A stretch of 64,000 nt of DNA from NCBI GenBank assembly GCA_038893835.1, contig JAWAQR010000002.1:32001-96000 (forward strand), written 5' to 3'. Below are positions 27,371 through 37,302 of the stretch, one piece after another; position 1 is the stretch's first letter; every line of letters begins with the position of its first letter. The translations under genes and the position numbers were made by a program. Source of the DNA: Archaeoglobaceae archaeon (GTDB taxonomy: Archaea > Halobacteriota > Archaeoglobi > Archaeoglobales > Archaeoglobaceae). Under the pieces are notes generated by a model. That model made no database searches. It worked only from the letters and a program-made list of their open reading frames with translations, and had not been told where the DNA came from.

Positions 27371-29342
27371 GATTTTCCTGATTTCTCAACCGAATTCAGG
27401 AAAAACTACTCTCTTCAACAAGCTAACCAGTCAGCAATGTTACGTTGCAAACTGGCCTGGAAAGACTGTGGAAGTTTTCCAAGCAAAAATAGAACATCAT
27501 GGAAAAGAGATTTTGGTAGTTGATTTACCGGGAATAAACAGTTTTAAAACTCTAAGTAAAGAGGAGGAGATAACAAAGGAGTACATATTCAAAGGTAAGG
27601 ATGGTGTCGCGGTTATTGTCGTGAATGGGAATGCTCTTTTCAAATCCCTATACTTCGCAATACAAGTGCTAGAGTTGAAAAGCGAAGCTGTCGTTGTCAT
27701 AAACAAGGCAGATTTTCTGGAAAAGAGCGGAATACATGTAAATGTCGAAATTCTTGCTAAACATCTTGGAGTCGACGTAATCCTTATCAGCGCCCTTCGC
27801 GGAATTGGCTTAAACCAGCTCATAGATCGATGTCTCGACGTTTTAGAAGGGAGAAAGAAGAATTCAAAATTAAAGATAAATTACGGAAGCTTAGAGCCTT
27901 TTATTGAAAAAGCTGAAAAAATTGTGGGAGATAGGGGTAGTGCCATAAAGGCGCTGGAAGGGGATGAGTTCATTCTCACAAGACTGCAAGAGGAAGAAAG
28001 GAGAGAAATAGAGAATATTGCTAGAGAGATCTCAGAGATTTATGGTAATCCTGAAGAGATAATCGCAATGCATCGATTTAGGTTTGTGGAAGAGCTAATT
28101 AGTTCTTCTATCAAAGAAGTAAAAATTTCAAAGGTCTCTTTTGGTAAAAAGTTAGATGAAATATTTTTCAGCAATTTTGGTCCAATTTTGGCAATTCTAA
28201 TTCTCTTCTTCGCAATTTTTTCCTCCTTTTCAATAAACACAGGATTTCCGCTGAATTTGCTGATGAGGTCTATTGGTAATGAAGGGTTCGCTGAAACTAT
28301 TGAAAGTTATAGCATTGTGGGGATCATTTCCAGAATCTTCGATTCCATTTCGGAATTTCTCAATGAGAATTTACCGGATTCCATGTGGAAAAGTTTATTG
28401 ATAGATGGAATAATTCCCGGAGTTGGTGTGATCGCATCCTTCTTCCCCCTGATTTTGATTTTGAACCTCCTCATGTCCTTCATAGAAGATAGCGGTTTAA
28501 TGTCTAGACTTGCTGTAACAATGGACCGTCTCTTTGCAAATTTTGGTTTGACAGGTAAATCCTTTTTCCCTTTTTGCATAAATTTAGCCTGTAACGTTCC
28601 CGGAGTTATGGCTTCAAGAATACTAGAAACTGACTCCGAAAGACTTAGAGTTGCCATATCTTCTCCCTTCGTGCTATGTCAGGCGAGATTGCTTGTAATA
28701 ATTCTTTTCACAGCTTTCTTTTTTGCTTCTCCCCTTCTCCAGAGTGTAGTAGTGATCTTCATTTACCTACTCTCCGCACTACTATTCCTTTTTTTCGCCG
28801 CAATTTACAGAGAAATATTCAAGAAGGAGAAATCAGAATTGTTGATAGAACTGCCACCATATCATTTTCCAAGCCTTAGAGTGAGCTGGTGGATAACCTG
28901 GACTAGGAGCAAGGCTTTTATATTTAAAGTTGGAAAGATAATACTTCTGTTCTCAATTTTCATATGGTTTTTAAACTCTTTTGGACTGACAGTCTTCCTC
29001 GGAAAATTGATCGCAAAAGCATTTTCTCCAATCGGAATTGAAAGTTCCGAGCTCGGTTTTGCTTTGCTAGTAGGTTTTATAGCGAAGGAAATGATAATAT
29101 CTTCTCTAGCCATATCTTTTGGAACTTCCAACATCTTTGAAATCCTCTCACAACTCGGATTGTCAATGGCACAGGCTTTTGCGCTGATAATCTTTATTTC
29201 CTTTTACACACCATGCATAGCAACTCTAGCTGCAATCTATTACGAAATTAGAAACTTGAAAATTCTCCTGATTTCCATAGTTTTCCAGCTCCTCTTTGCA
29301 TATTTCCTGACAATAGTAACTTATACGATTCTAACGCTTTAG
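27363..29342 (+). CDS. feoB: Ferrous iron transport protein B
   Basis: PNSGKTT, ANWPGKTVE, DLPG, NKAD, ISA G-motifs; EDSG..SR, ELPPY, YTPC membrane domain. Confidence 0.96.
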   Translation: MYKIFLISQPNSGKTTLFNKLTSQQCYVANWPGKTVEVFQAKIEHHGKEILVVDLPGINSFKTLSKEEEITKEYIFKGKDGVAVIVVNGNALFKSLYFAIQVLELKSEAVVVINKADFLEKSGIHVNVEILAKHLGVDVILISALRGIGLNQLIDRCLDVLEGRKKNSKLKINYGSLEPFIEKAEKIVGDRGSAIKALEGDEFILTRLQEEERREIENIAREISEIYGNPEEIIAMHRFRFVEELISSSIKEVKISKVSFGKKLDEIFFSNFGPILAILILFFAIFSSFSINTGFPLNLLMRSIGNEGFAETIESYSIVGIISRIFDSISEFLNENLPDSMWKSLLIDGIIPGVGVIASFFPLILILNLLMSFIEDSGLMSRLAVTMDRLFANFGLTGKSFFPFCINLACNVPGVMASRILETDSERLRVAISSPFVLCQARLLVIILFTAFFFASPLLQSVVVIFIYLLSALLFLFFAAIYREIFKKEKSELLIELPPYHFPSLRVSWWITWTRSKAFIFKVGKIILLFSIFIWFLNSFGLTVFLGKLIAKAFSPIGIESSELGFALLVGFIAKEMIISSLAISFGTSNIFEILSQLGLSMAQAFALIIFISFYTPCIATLAAIYYEIRNLKILLISIVFQLLFAYFLTIVTYTILTL

Positions 29343-29935
29343 AAATCCGATAGCGTTTTTTGTCTTTTCTTTATCAGAGAACCTATCTTCCTGAAATTCT
29401 CCACATACTCATCTCTGAGCTGTGGTCTGTAAAGAACTGCTGCTGGATGATAAAGAGGGATTATTTTAACTTTTTTCTCCCAAGCGTCTATCTCAAAGAT
29501 TTTCCCTTGTAGCTTTGTGATCGAAGTAAACTGGAGCCCAAATGTCCTGAATATGAATTCCGTCGAATATCTTCCAAGACATATTATAATATTTGGTTTT
29601 ATAATTTCTAGTTGTCTCAAAAGATATTCGCCACATGCCTCTATTTCCTCTGGCAATGGATCTCGATTGTTGGGCGGTCTGCATTTTAAAACATTGGATA
29701 TGAAAACCTCATCCCTCCTAAGACCGATCGCATTTATCATTTCAGAAAGCAATTTTCCAGCACTTCCGACAAATGGTTCCCCCCTTATGTCTTCCTCCCT
29801 TCCAGGAGCTTCTCCGATGAATACTATCTCAGCTTTCTCATTTCCACTACCGACGACATATCTCGTCTTCGTTTTATGCAGTTCACACTTTTTGCACTGT
29901 AGTATTTCTTGTGCTACTTCTTCCAGAGTTTCCAT
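29339..29935 (-). CDS. udg: Family 4 uracil-DNA glycosylase
   Basis: CKKC, GEAPG, PFVG, KCRPPNNR, YHPAA. Confidence 0.96.
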   Translation of the reverse strand: METLEEVAQEILQCKKCELHKTKTRYVVGSGNEKAEIVFIGEAPGREEDIRGEPFVGSAGKLLSEMINAIGLRRDEVFISNVLKCRPPNNRDPLPEEIEACGEYLLRQLEIIKPNIIICLGRYSTEFIFRTFGLQFTSITKLQGKIFEIDAWEKKVKIIPLYHPAAVLYRPQLRDEYVENFRKIGSLIKKRQKTLSDF

Positions 29936-30012
29936 GCCTAAAATTCTGCAACAATTTTAAATTTTCGATGTGATGGCGAAAAATTTTTTACAATCTCTGC
30001 AACTTTCGAGAG

Positions 30013-30891
30013 ATGTTAAAGTTGAGAGTGTTGAAGCCATTCGATCCATGGAAATCCAAACTCTGTACCTGTGGAAGTAAATTGTCCTTTAATCCATACA
30101 CTGGCTGCTCACACAGATGTGATTATTGTTATGCAACCTATATTCCAAGATTTTGGGAAGTTAGGGAGAAAAAAGATCTTCTACACAAATTAGAAAAAGA
30201 TCTCGCAGAAATTGGGGATAAGGAGATAATATCGATGTCAAACAGCTCCGATCCATATCCAGTAGTGGAGAAGGAAAAGGAGATTACGAGAAAAAGTTTG
30301 AAATTGTTCAAAGAGTATAACGCTAGACTTTTGATAATAACGAAGAGCGATATAATCTTAAGAGATCTAGACCTGTTATCGGAAATAGATTGTGTTGTCT
30401 GTTTAACAATAACTGGCTGTGATAGGCTCGAAAAGTTTGCTCCGTCAACGGAAAGAAGGATTGAGGTCTTCAAAGAACTAAGCGAGGTATTGCCAACAGT
30501 TTTAAGATTTGATCCAATAATCCCTTTCCTGAACGATTCAAAGCTTGAAATCATCGAGATTTGCAATCCAGAGCATGTGGTTACTTCAACACTTAAACTG
30601 AGATTTGATTCGTACAGAAGGATAACCCAAACAATACCTCAGCTAAAAGAAGTGCTGAAAATGCTATATTTCGAGAAAGGGGAAAAAATTGGCAATTATT
30701 ATTACTTAAATAGGGAGCTAAGAATTCAGCTGCTGAGAAGAGTGGAGAATTTTTGTGAATCTTTAGGGATAAGTTGTGGATTTTGTAGAGAAGGAATAAA
30801 TTTCAAAGCCAAGAGCTGTGACGGGAGACATTTGAGCAGTAGTTTTAAAAATACGAGCAAGAGTTGTATCGGGGGATGGAATGTTGTCTAA
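30013..30891 (+). CDS. Radical SAM protein (SplB-like)
   Basis: FDPW..LCTC, NPYTGCSHRCDYCY, SNSSDPYP, ITKS. Confidence 0.9.
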   Translation: MLKLRVLKPFDPWKSKLCTCGSKLSFNPYTGCSHRCDYCYATYIPRFWEVREKKDLLHKLEKDLAEIGDKEIISMSNSSDPYPVVEKEKEITRKSLKLFKEYNARLLIITKSDIILRDLDLLSEIDCVVCLTITGCDRLEKFAPSTERRIEVFKELSEVLPTVLRFDPIIPFLNDSKLEIIEICNPEHVVTSTLKLRFDSYRRITQTIPQLKEVLKMLYFEKGEKIGNYYYLNRELRIQLLRRVENFCESLGISCGFCREGINFKAKSCDGRHLSSSFKNTSKSCIGGWNVV

Positions 30892-31333
30892 ACTGTTTCT
30901 CCACGAGAGAGCTGTAGCAATACTCCTAGCAATCCTTTCATATGAGGAGAAAGGAGAAAGAATTTATCCCCTTCAGATTTCAAATCTCCTGAAATCACCC
31001 TACAGTTATGTTTCCAAAGTTCTTAACGAGTTTGAAAAAAATTGCATAATAGAGAGCAAGCTAGAGGGGAGAACTAGAGCTATAAAGCTTACAAAACACG
31101 GAAAAAAGATTGCGACGGCTTTAAAGGAAGTAAAGAAACTACTGGATAGGGATATAATTGCAGAAACTAAGCTCGAATTCCTAAAGAAAATTTTTGAAAA
31201 TGGACAAAAAGATTTCTATTCCCTTGCACCAATCTTGGCGGAGCTGGAATTACTCATGAACGCTACGAAGGATGAATACGTGATTGAAGAAATAAAGAAT
31301 TTGAAAAGGAGATTGGAGGAAGTGATATGCTGA
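30881..31333 (+). CDS. Winged-helix (MarR-like) DNA-binding protein
   Basis: YSYVSKVLNEFEK...EGRTRAIKLTKHGKKIA. Confidence 0.8.
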   Translation: MLSKLFLHERAVAILLAILSYEEKGERIYPLQISNLLKSPYSYVSKVLNEFEKNCIIESKLEGRTRAIKLTKHGKKIATALKEVKKLLDRDIIAETKLEFLKKIFENGQKDFYSLAPILAELELLMNATKDEYVIEEIKNLKRRLEEVIC

Positions 31334-32520
31334 AGGAGATAGAGCGTAAAAAAAATGAAATGGTTCAGCTTCTTTCAAAGCTGATAGAAATAAAGGCTAT
31401 TTCTCCAGATTTTGGTGGAGAAGGGGAAGAGAAAAAGGCTGAAGTTCTGATGAATTACCTAGATGAATTCGACTACGTTGAGAGATTTGATGCAATCGAT
31501 GAAAGAGTTGGAAAAAGGCCAAACATTGTTGCAAAAATAAAAGGGGCTGTAGACAGAACTATATGGATTGTTTCTCACCTGGACGTCGTCCCTGCTGGGG
31601 ATGAAAAGCTTTGGAAATCTCCCCCATTCAAAGCTGTTTTTGAAGGTGGTAGAATTTACGGAAGAGGTAGCGAGGACAATGGACAGGGAATAGTTTCATC
31701 TCTCTTTGCTGGAAAGGCAATAATAGAGTCTGGATTAAAACCAAAGTACAACTTTGGTCTTGTATTTGTTTCAGATGAGGAAAGTGGAAGTAATTTTGGA
31801 ATAAAACACCTGCTGAAGAAAGATGTTTTTTCGAAGAACGATATGTTTGTAGTCCCTGATGTTGGTTCACAAAAAGGGGATGCCATAGAAATCGCGGAAA
31901 AGAGCATTCTTTGGTTAAAGTTTGAAATTTACGGAAAGCAGACACATGCAAGTACGCCTGTGATGAACGCTTCGAGAAGGGCGATGAAGTTCATTTTGGA
32001 TCTGGATGAAAAACTTCATACGAAGTTCAATGCAAGAGATGAGCTTTTTAATCCACCTTACTCAACATTTGAGCCCACAAAGAGGGAAAAGAACGTTGAT
32101 AACATAAATACGATTCCTGGAATCGATATAAGTTACATGGATTGTCGCATATTGCCGGAGTATAGGCTTGAAGACGTAATCGATTATATAGAGAGCGTTA
32201 AGAAATTCCACGAGATCAGAGACAACGAAAAGATAAATGTAGAAGTGATTCACAGCTTTAGCTCTCCAAAGACTCCTGAAAATTCTGAGATTGCTTTGAG
32301 ACTTTCAAAAACCATAGAGATGATTAGGGGTATAAAAACCAGGTTCATAGGGATTGGAGGAAATACCTGCGCCTCTTTCCTTAGACATGCTGGTTTCAAA
32401 GAAACCGTTGCCTGGTGCACTGCAGATGGGACTGCGCATAAGCCAAACGAGTACTGTGTTGTAGACAACATGGTGGAGGATGCAAAGGTTTTCTTCATGC
32501 TGTTCTTTGATCCAAAATGA
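31327..32520 (+). CDS. M20 metallopeptidase (DapE/ArgE-like)
   Basis: SHLDVVP, GRGSEDNG, DEE, NINTIPG, AHKPNEY. Confidence 0.93.
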   Translation: MLKEIERKKNEMVQLLSKLIEIKAISPDFGGEGEEKKAEVLMNYLDEFDYVERFDAIDERVGKRPNIVAKIKGAVDRTIWIVSHLDVVPAGDEKLWKSPPFKAVFEGGRIYGRGSEDNGQGIVSSLFAGKAIIESGLKPKYNFGLVFVSDEESGSNFGIKHLLKKDVFSKNDMFVVPDVGSQKGDAIEIAEKSILWLKFEIYGKQTHASTPVMNASRRAMKFILDLDEKLHTKFNARDELFNPPYSTFEPTKREKNVDNINTIPGIDISYMDCRILPEYRLEDVIDYIESVKKFHEIRDNEKINVEVIHSFSSPKTPENSEIALRLSKTIEMIRGIKTRFIGIGGNTCASFLRHAGFKETVAWCTADGTAHKPNEYCVVDNMVEDAKVFFMLFFDPK

Positions 32521-32560
32521 TCTCACAATCTTTATAAGTCCAAAGCCCCATTCAATTCAA

Positions 32561-32635
32561 GGGCCCGTGGCTCAGCCAGGATAGAGCGACGGCCTTCTAA
32601 GCCGTAGATCGCGGGTTCAAATCCCGCCGGGTCCG
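32561..32635 (+). tRNA. tRNA-Arg(TCT)
   Basis: GGGCCCG/CGGGTCC acceptor, ACGGC-CT-TCT-AA-GCCGT, GGTTCAAATCC; TTTATAA box upstream, T-run downstream. Confidence 0.96.
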
Positions 32636-32804
32636 CTTTTTACTTAGTATTTGGGTTTGTTTCAACCAGAAACTTCTGAACTTTATTTCTGGAGTCTAGA
32701 GTATCAAAATCAAAAGTTCCTTTAACGTTGGGCATTCATTGCTCTCAAATGAAAAACTCAGAAAGATTTATATATTTTTATGCTTGAAAAATAATGGTGA
32801 TTGT

Positions 32805-33329
32805 ATGGCGCTTAGTGAAAGAATTCTTAAAGAGCTGAACGTTCAGCTGAACAGGGAGATTTACTCAGCCTATCTATATCTTTCAATGGCAGCATATTTC
32901 GAATCCATAGGTCTCAAAGGTTTTGCAAACTGGATGAAGGTACAATGGCAGGAAGAACTGATGCATGCGATGAAGTTCTTTGAATACATCACAAACCGAG
33001 GAGGAAGGGTTGAGTTATATTCAATCGAAGAGCCGCCAAAAGATTGGAAATCCCCTCTCCACGTTTTTGAATTTGCATTGGAGCATGAAAAAAATGTCAC
33101 TAAGAGAATTTCAAACCTAGTGGAGCTGGCGATTGATGAGAAGGATCATGCAACATTCAACATGCTCCAGTGGTTCGTTAATGAGCAGATTGAAGAGGAA
33201 AAGAGTTTTGAAGAAATCGTTTCCAAACTGAAGTTAGCTGGTGAAGATACGAGGGCCTTGCTTTTCCTAGATGTAGAATTTGGAAAAAGGAGAATGAGGG
33301 TAGAAAATGAACCTCCAAGCACTGTATAA
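32805..33329 (+). CDS. ftn: Ferritin (non-heme, Ftn)
   Basis: LNVQLNREIYSAYLY, EELMHAMK, EHEK, QWFVNEQIEEE ferroxidase ligands; GGTGA RBS before the ATG at 32805. Confidence 0.96.
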   Translation: MALSERILKELNVQLNREIYSAYLYLSMAAYFESIGLKGFANWMKVQWQEELMHAMKFFEYITNRGGRVELYSIEEPPKDWKSPLHVFEFALEHEKNVTKRISNLVELAIDEKDHATFNMLQWFVNEQIEEEKSFEEIVSKLKLAGEDTRALLFLDVEFGKRRMRVENEPPSTV

Positions 33330-33813
33330 GATTAGCTATGGTCTATACATAGTTTCATCCGTGAAAAACGGTAAATTTGCTGGACAGATAGCGAATACTG
33401 TTTTTCAAGTTACTTCTGAACCTCCAAAAATAGCTGTATGTTTGAACAAGAAGAACACCACTCACGAATTCGTAAAAGATTCAAAAGTTTTTTCTGTAAG
33501 CATTCTTGAGAAAGATACTCCCCTACAGTTAATAGGAAGATTTGGTTTCAGGAGTAGCAAGGATTTCAACAAGTTTGAGGGTTTAAACTTAAGAATTGGA
33601 AAAACTGGAGCCCCAATTGTGTTGGATCATTCAGTCGCCTTTTTGGAGGCTAGAGTTGTGAATGATTTCGACGTTGGAAGTCATACACTATTCATCGGAG
33701 AGCTCGTGGATGCGGAAATTCTCAAGGATGCGGAACTTATGACTTATGAGTATTACCACTTTGTGAAAAAGGGAAAGGCTCCAAAAACAGCAACTGTCTA
33801 TCTGGAGAAATGA
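33307..33813 (+). CDS. Flavin reductase-like protein (flavoredoxin / high-molecular-weight rubredoxin N-terminal type)
   Basis: KISYGLYIV, QVTSEPP, FGFRS, GSHTLFIG, GKAPKTA. Confidence 0.9.
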   Translation: MNLQALYKISYGLYIVSSVKNGKFAGQIANTVFQVTSEPPKIAVCLNKKNTTHEFVKDSKVFSVSILEKDTPLQLIGRFGFRSSKDFNKFEGLNLRIGKTGAPIVLDHSVAFLEARVVNDFDVGSHTLFIGELVDAEILKDAELMTYEYYHFVKKGKAPKTATVYLEK

Positions 33814-33970
33814 AGGCTGAAGAGATTCTAAGAAAAGCCCTATAATTGGAAATGAAAGCGATTGAAACCTATAGCATGATAAAAAAAGATGCTTCTCCCG
33901 AAATAGTCGACATCTTAGATCATCTCATGCAGGAGAGGGAGAATATATAAAGACTTTGGCATTCTTTTAA
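33810..33970 (+). pseudogene. Relic of a short rubrerythrin/ferritin-like gene
   Basis: ATGA overlap with the upstream stop; MKAEEILRKAL*LEMKAIETYSMIKKDASPEIVDILDHLMQERE with an in-frame TAA and a broken EExxH region. Confidence 0.7.
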
Positions 33971-34476
33971 CCGGTAAATAGCCTTCCCAAATTTTTAAAG
34001 AGTGGTATGCGACTGAAACAAATTATATAACAATTGCGGCGGCTGTTAAAGTGGGTCTTTCTGTTCATTTCAAACTCCCTTCTTTTCCATTTCGATTTTG
34101 TTTGAATTCTCCTAGTTATCTCCTCTATATTTCCCGAAGACAAATTTTTTATCTTCAACAGGTTTTTCTGTTGGAATCACGAACACGAGTGATTTATACT
34201 TACCAACAATTATATCACCTTCTGAAAATACCTCAGTATAATCAAAGGCCATGAAAACATCAAAATCAAAAATTTTATTATGAATCTTATATATTTTATT
34301 TTTATAAGATAAATTTTGAATTAATTTTATCCCCTAATTACTTTGCTTTATCATTTTTATATATAGAATTTTTTTCCAGAAATAAAATTCCACAGCCTTC
34401 AAAACGAAAATCGAGCAATCCAGAAAAGCGGGAATTCAACGATAGCCTTTTATACATCTCCAATCCTCGAAAAAAA

Positions 34477-34549
34477 TGGGCTCGGCCGGATTCGAACCGG
34501 CGATCTCCGCCGTGTAAGGGCGGTGTCATAACCGCTAGACCACGAGCCC
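34477..34549 (-). tRNA. tRNA-Val(TAC)
   Basis: Reverse complement GGGCTCG...CCGCC-CT-TAC-AC-GGCGG...GGTTCGAATCC...CGAGCCCA. Confidence 0.96.
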
Positions 34550-34573
34550 TAAAAAATTGTTGAGGCTGGAAAT

Positions 34574-35341
34574 TTAAGTATTTTGTTTCAAAGCCTTGAC
34601 AACTTCTACTATTTTTGGCAATATCTCTCCCGCCTTTCCATAAATCCTAATGTCAAAGATGTGATCTGCAACCGTTGGTTCGGCATTTATCAATATCATT
34701 TTCGCCCCACAGCTCTTTGCAATATATGGCAGCTCTGCAGCTGGATAAACGACAAGACTTGAACCCACAACAATGAATACGTCTGCCATTCTCGACTCCT
34801 CAATAGCCTGCTCTAAAACATCTTTGGGCAGCGGTTCTCCAAATAAAACTACTCTCGGTTTTACATAAAGGCTCCCACATACTTTACATCTAGGAATTTC
34901 TCTCTTCTCAAAGTTTTCAATGAAGTCTCCCCAATCGTATTCCTTTCCACAGTCGAGGCAATCGATCTTTGCAGTACTACCGTGAAGCTCTAGAACCTTC
35001 TTACTTCCTGCTTTCTGATGTAGCATGTCGATGTTTTGTGTAATAACAGCTTTAACTATCCCCATTTTTTCCAACTCTGCAATTGCATAATGTGCTGGAT
35101 TTGGTTCAGCAAATAGCTTACTTCTGAGTTCAAAAGAGAATTCCCAAAAAGCCCTTGGATTCCTTCTAAATCCCCAGATCGAGGCAACTTCTTCCGGATC
35201 ATACTTTTTCCAAAGACCATCTTCTCCACGAAAAGTCGGTATTCCACTTTCAGCAGATACTCCTGCACCGGTAAAAACTACCGCATACTTGGCACCCGCA
35301 ATAATCCTCCCCGCCTCTTCTATTCTGTCCCTTTCAATCAT
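34574..35341 (-). CDS. cobB: NAD-dependent protein deacylase (Sir2)
   Basis: TGAGVSAESGIPTFRG, ITQNID.LH, ELHG, two CxxC, VGSSLVVYPAA. Confidence 0.96.
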   Translation of the reverse strand: MIERDRIEEAGRIIAGAKYAVVFTGAGVSAESGIPTFRGEDGLWKKYDPEEVASIWGFRRNPRAFWEFSFELRSKLFAEPNPAHYAIAELEKMGIVKAVITQNIDMLHQKAGSKKVLELHGSTAKIDCLDCGKEYDWGDFIENFEKREIPRCKVCGSLYVKPRVVLFGEPLPKDVLEQAIEESRMADVFIVVGSSLVVYPAAELPYIAKSCGAKMILINAEPTVADHIFDIRIYGKAGEILPKIVEVVKALKQNT

Positions 35342-35377
35342 AATCCGATTTGGATAACCATTTTAAAAATCTTTATC

Positions 35378-35998
35378 CTATATTTTTTTCAGCTCCACTA
35401 TCATCTCGTTCAAATTTAAGGTTGCAAATCTCCCCCAAGCAACTGGTCCAGGATTTATGACGAATACTTTCCCTCTGTAAACACCAAAAGACTCATGCAC
35501 ATGTCCTGTAATCGCAATATCGAAATTTTCAATTTTCTTAGCAATTTCCTCGCTTCCTACGTTTAAACCATGCTTTGTCTTATCTAGAATTCCCTTCGCC
35601 GGTGAATGCGAAAGGAGAATGTTTAAAGTTGAATAATTGAATTTTTTAAAAATTTCTGCAAAATAATTCTCCGGGTATTCTGAAGGGGTGTTGAACGGAG
35701 TTTGCAGAGATCCTCCTATTCCATGAAGTGTAAAATCTCCAATTTTTATACTTCTTCCATGAACAAATTCTATGCTTTCCAGCTCTAGCTCCAAGATTTC
35801 TTCATAATCACAATTTCCGTGAACCGCATAGCATTCTAAGCCCTCCGAGGATAGAATCCTATCTATTAAAAGTGCATCGCTAATTTTGAAATCCGTTAGA
35901 TCTCCTGAGATCAGTAAAAGATCGAAGCTCTCCTTTTTAATAATAGCCTTTAATTTTTCCACCTCTGAATGAATGTCAGATGCTATCAATAGCTTCAT
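35378..35998 (-). CDS. Calcineurin-like metallophosphoesterase
   Basis: SDIH, SGDLT, HGNCD, LSHSP, GHVHE; start at ATG 35998 overlapping the upstream stop. Confidence 0.92.
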   Translation of the reverse strand: MKLLIASDIHSEVEKLKAIIKKESFDLLLISGDLTDFKISDALLIDRILSSEGLECYAVHGNCDYEEILELELESIEFVHGRSIKIGDFTLHGIGGSLQTPFNTPSEYPENYFAEIFKKFNYSTLNILLSHSPAKGILDKTKHGLNVGSEEIAKKIENFDIAITGHVHESFGVYRGKVFVINPGPVAWGRFATLNLNEMIVELKKI

Positions 35999-37215
35999 AT
36001 CACAAAGACATCTCCATTCTTTGGAGCGAAAGCATCTATTCCCACATTCTCCCTTATCCATGAAGCAAATTCATCGCACTTTTCTCCATGGACTGTAAAA
36101 ACTATCTCAACACCTTTGTCCGCAGATGCTCTTACAAATTCTTTAAGTTGCGAATCGTCTGCATGAGCTGAGAAATCGTATTGTTCAACCTTCATTTTGA
36201 GCTTTACAATCCTAGTTCCCAGATTTATCATTCCAAGTTTCAAAGCCATATCACCGTTCGTTCCCTCAACTTGATACCCTGTGATGATCAGTTTCGATTT
36301 CGGATCATTGTAGACTCTTGAAAGGTAGAACAAAGCGGGACCCCCATTAAGCATACCAGCGGTGGTTACAATTACTGAAGGTTCTTTCAACACATCCTCC
36401 CTTTTCTTCCACTCAACCCATATGGCATTTTTATAAGCCCTTCTAAGAGCCTTTGGATCCCTTATATAATCCGGATATCTTTCCAGTATCTTGAAGACTT
36501 CCCTACCCATTCCGTCAACGTATGGAGTTATACCATGACTTTCGAGAATCATAAGAACTTCCTGAGTCCTTCCAACTGCAAAAGCAGGAATGATTGCATG
36601 ACCCTTATTTTCCAAAGTCTCAATCACACTCTCGACGAATTTTTTCTCAAGCTCCTTCCTATCTGGATGTTCAACGCTATAATACGTGCTTTCAATGATT
36701 AAAATATCTGCCTCAGGTAAATCTTTCTGGGCACCTTCAAGCAGACGTGTATCTTCAAGTTTTAGATCTCCCGAATATAGAATTCTTAGATCGTTTTCTA
36801 GGCATATCATCGCACTTCCAGGCACATGTCCGGCGTTCAAAAACTCGACCTCGAACTTGTCAACTTTAAACTTCTCGTTATAATCCACTATAACGCAATT
36901 ACTTTCAAACTGCCTAATCTCTTTCTTCGAAAATGGAGGCGGCTGCATGACGTTTATTGAATCATAAAGGAGAAGTCTACCAATATCTACCGAAGGCGGC
37001 GTTAAATATATCTTTGGATCATAATCCATTAGACTCGGCACGAAGCCGAGATGGTCGAGATGGGCATGAGATACAAGAATTGCCTTTGGCGAGAAATCCA
37101 TTGGAAATTCAGGAGGAGAAGAGGGTTTGATTCCATAGTCTAATATGATCGAATCTACCGCCACCGCTGATCTACCAACTTCCCCGCATCCTCCAAGGAA
37201 CTTTATCGTAGACAC
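35995..37215 (-). CDS. MBL/beta-CASP ribonuclease (aCPSF-family)
   Basis: GGCGEVGRS, SHAHLDH, AGHVPGS, YSGD, ESTY, FAVGRTQE, FSAHAD, VHGE. Confidence 0.93.
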   Translation of the reverse strand: MSTIKFLGGCGEVGRSAVAVDSIILDYGIKPSSPPEFPMDFSPKAILVSHAHLDHLGFVPSLMDYDPKIYLTPPSVDIGRLLLYDSINVMQPPPFSKKEIRQFESNCVIVDYNEKFKVDKFEVEFLNAGHVPGSAMICLENDLRILYSGDLKLEDTRLLEGAQKDLPEADILIIESTYYSVEHPDRKELEKKFVESVIETLENKGHAIIPAFAVGRTQEVLMILESHGITPYVDGMGREVFKILERYPDYIRDPKALRRAYKNAIWVEWKKREDVLKEPSVIVTTAGMLNGGPALFYLSRVYNDPKSKLIITGYQVEGTNGDMALKLGMINLGTRIVKLKMKVEQYDFSAHADDSQLKEFVRASADKGVEIVFTVHGEKCDEFASWIRENVGIDAFAPKNGDVFVI

Positions 37216-37302
37216 CTTTAAAATTAAAATGCTTTTGAAATATATCTCTTTCGGAGAATTTGGGAAATCTTAAGCAATTATAAAAAGTTATTAAACAAAC
37301 GA

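Noticed and set aside
27363-27420. FeoB G1 motif begins with Ser (SQPNSGKT) instead of Gly
   Set aside because: All other G motifs and the membrane domain are intact; insufficient to call loss of function
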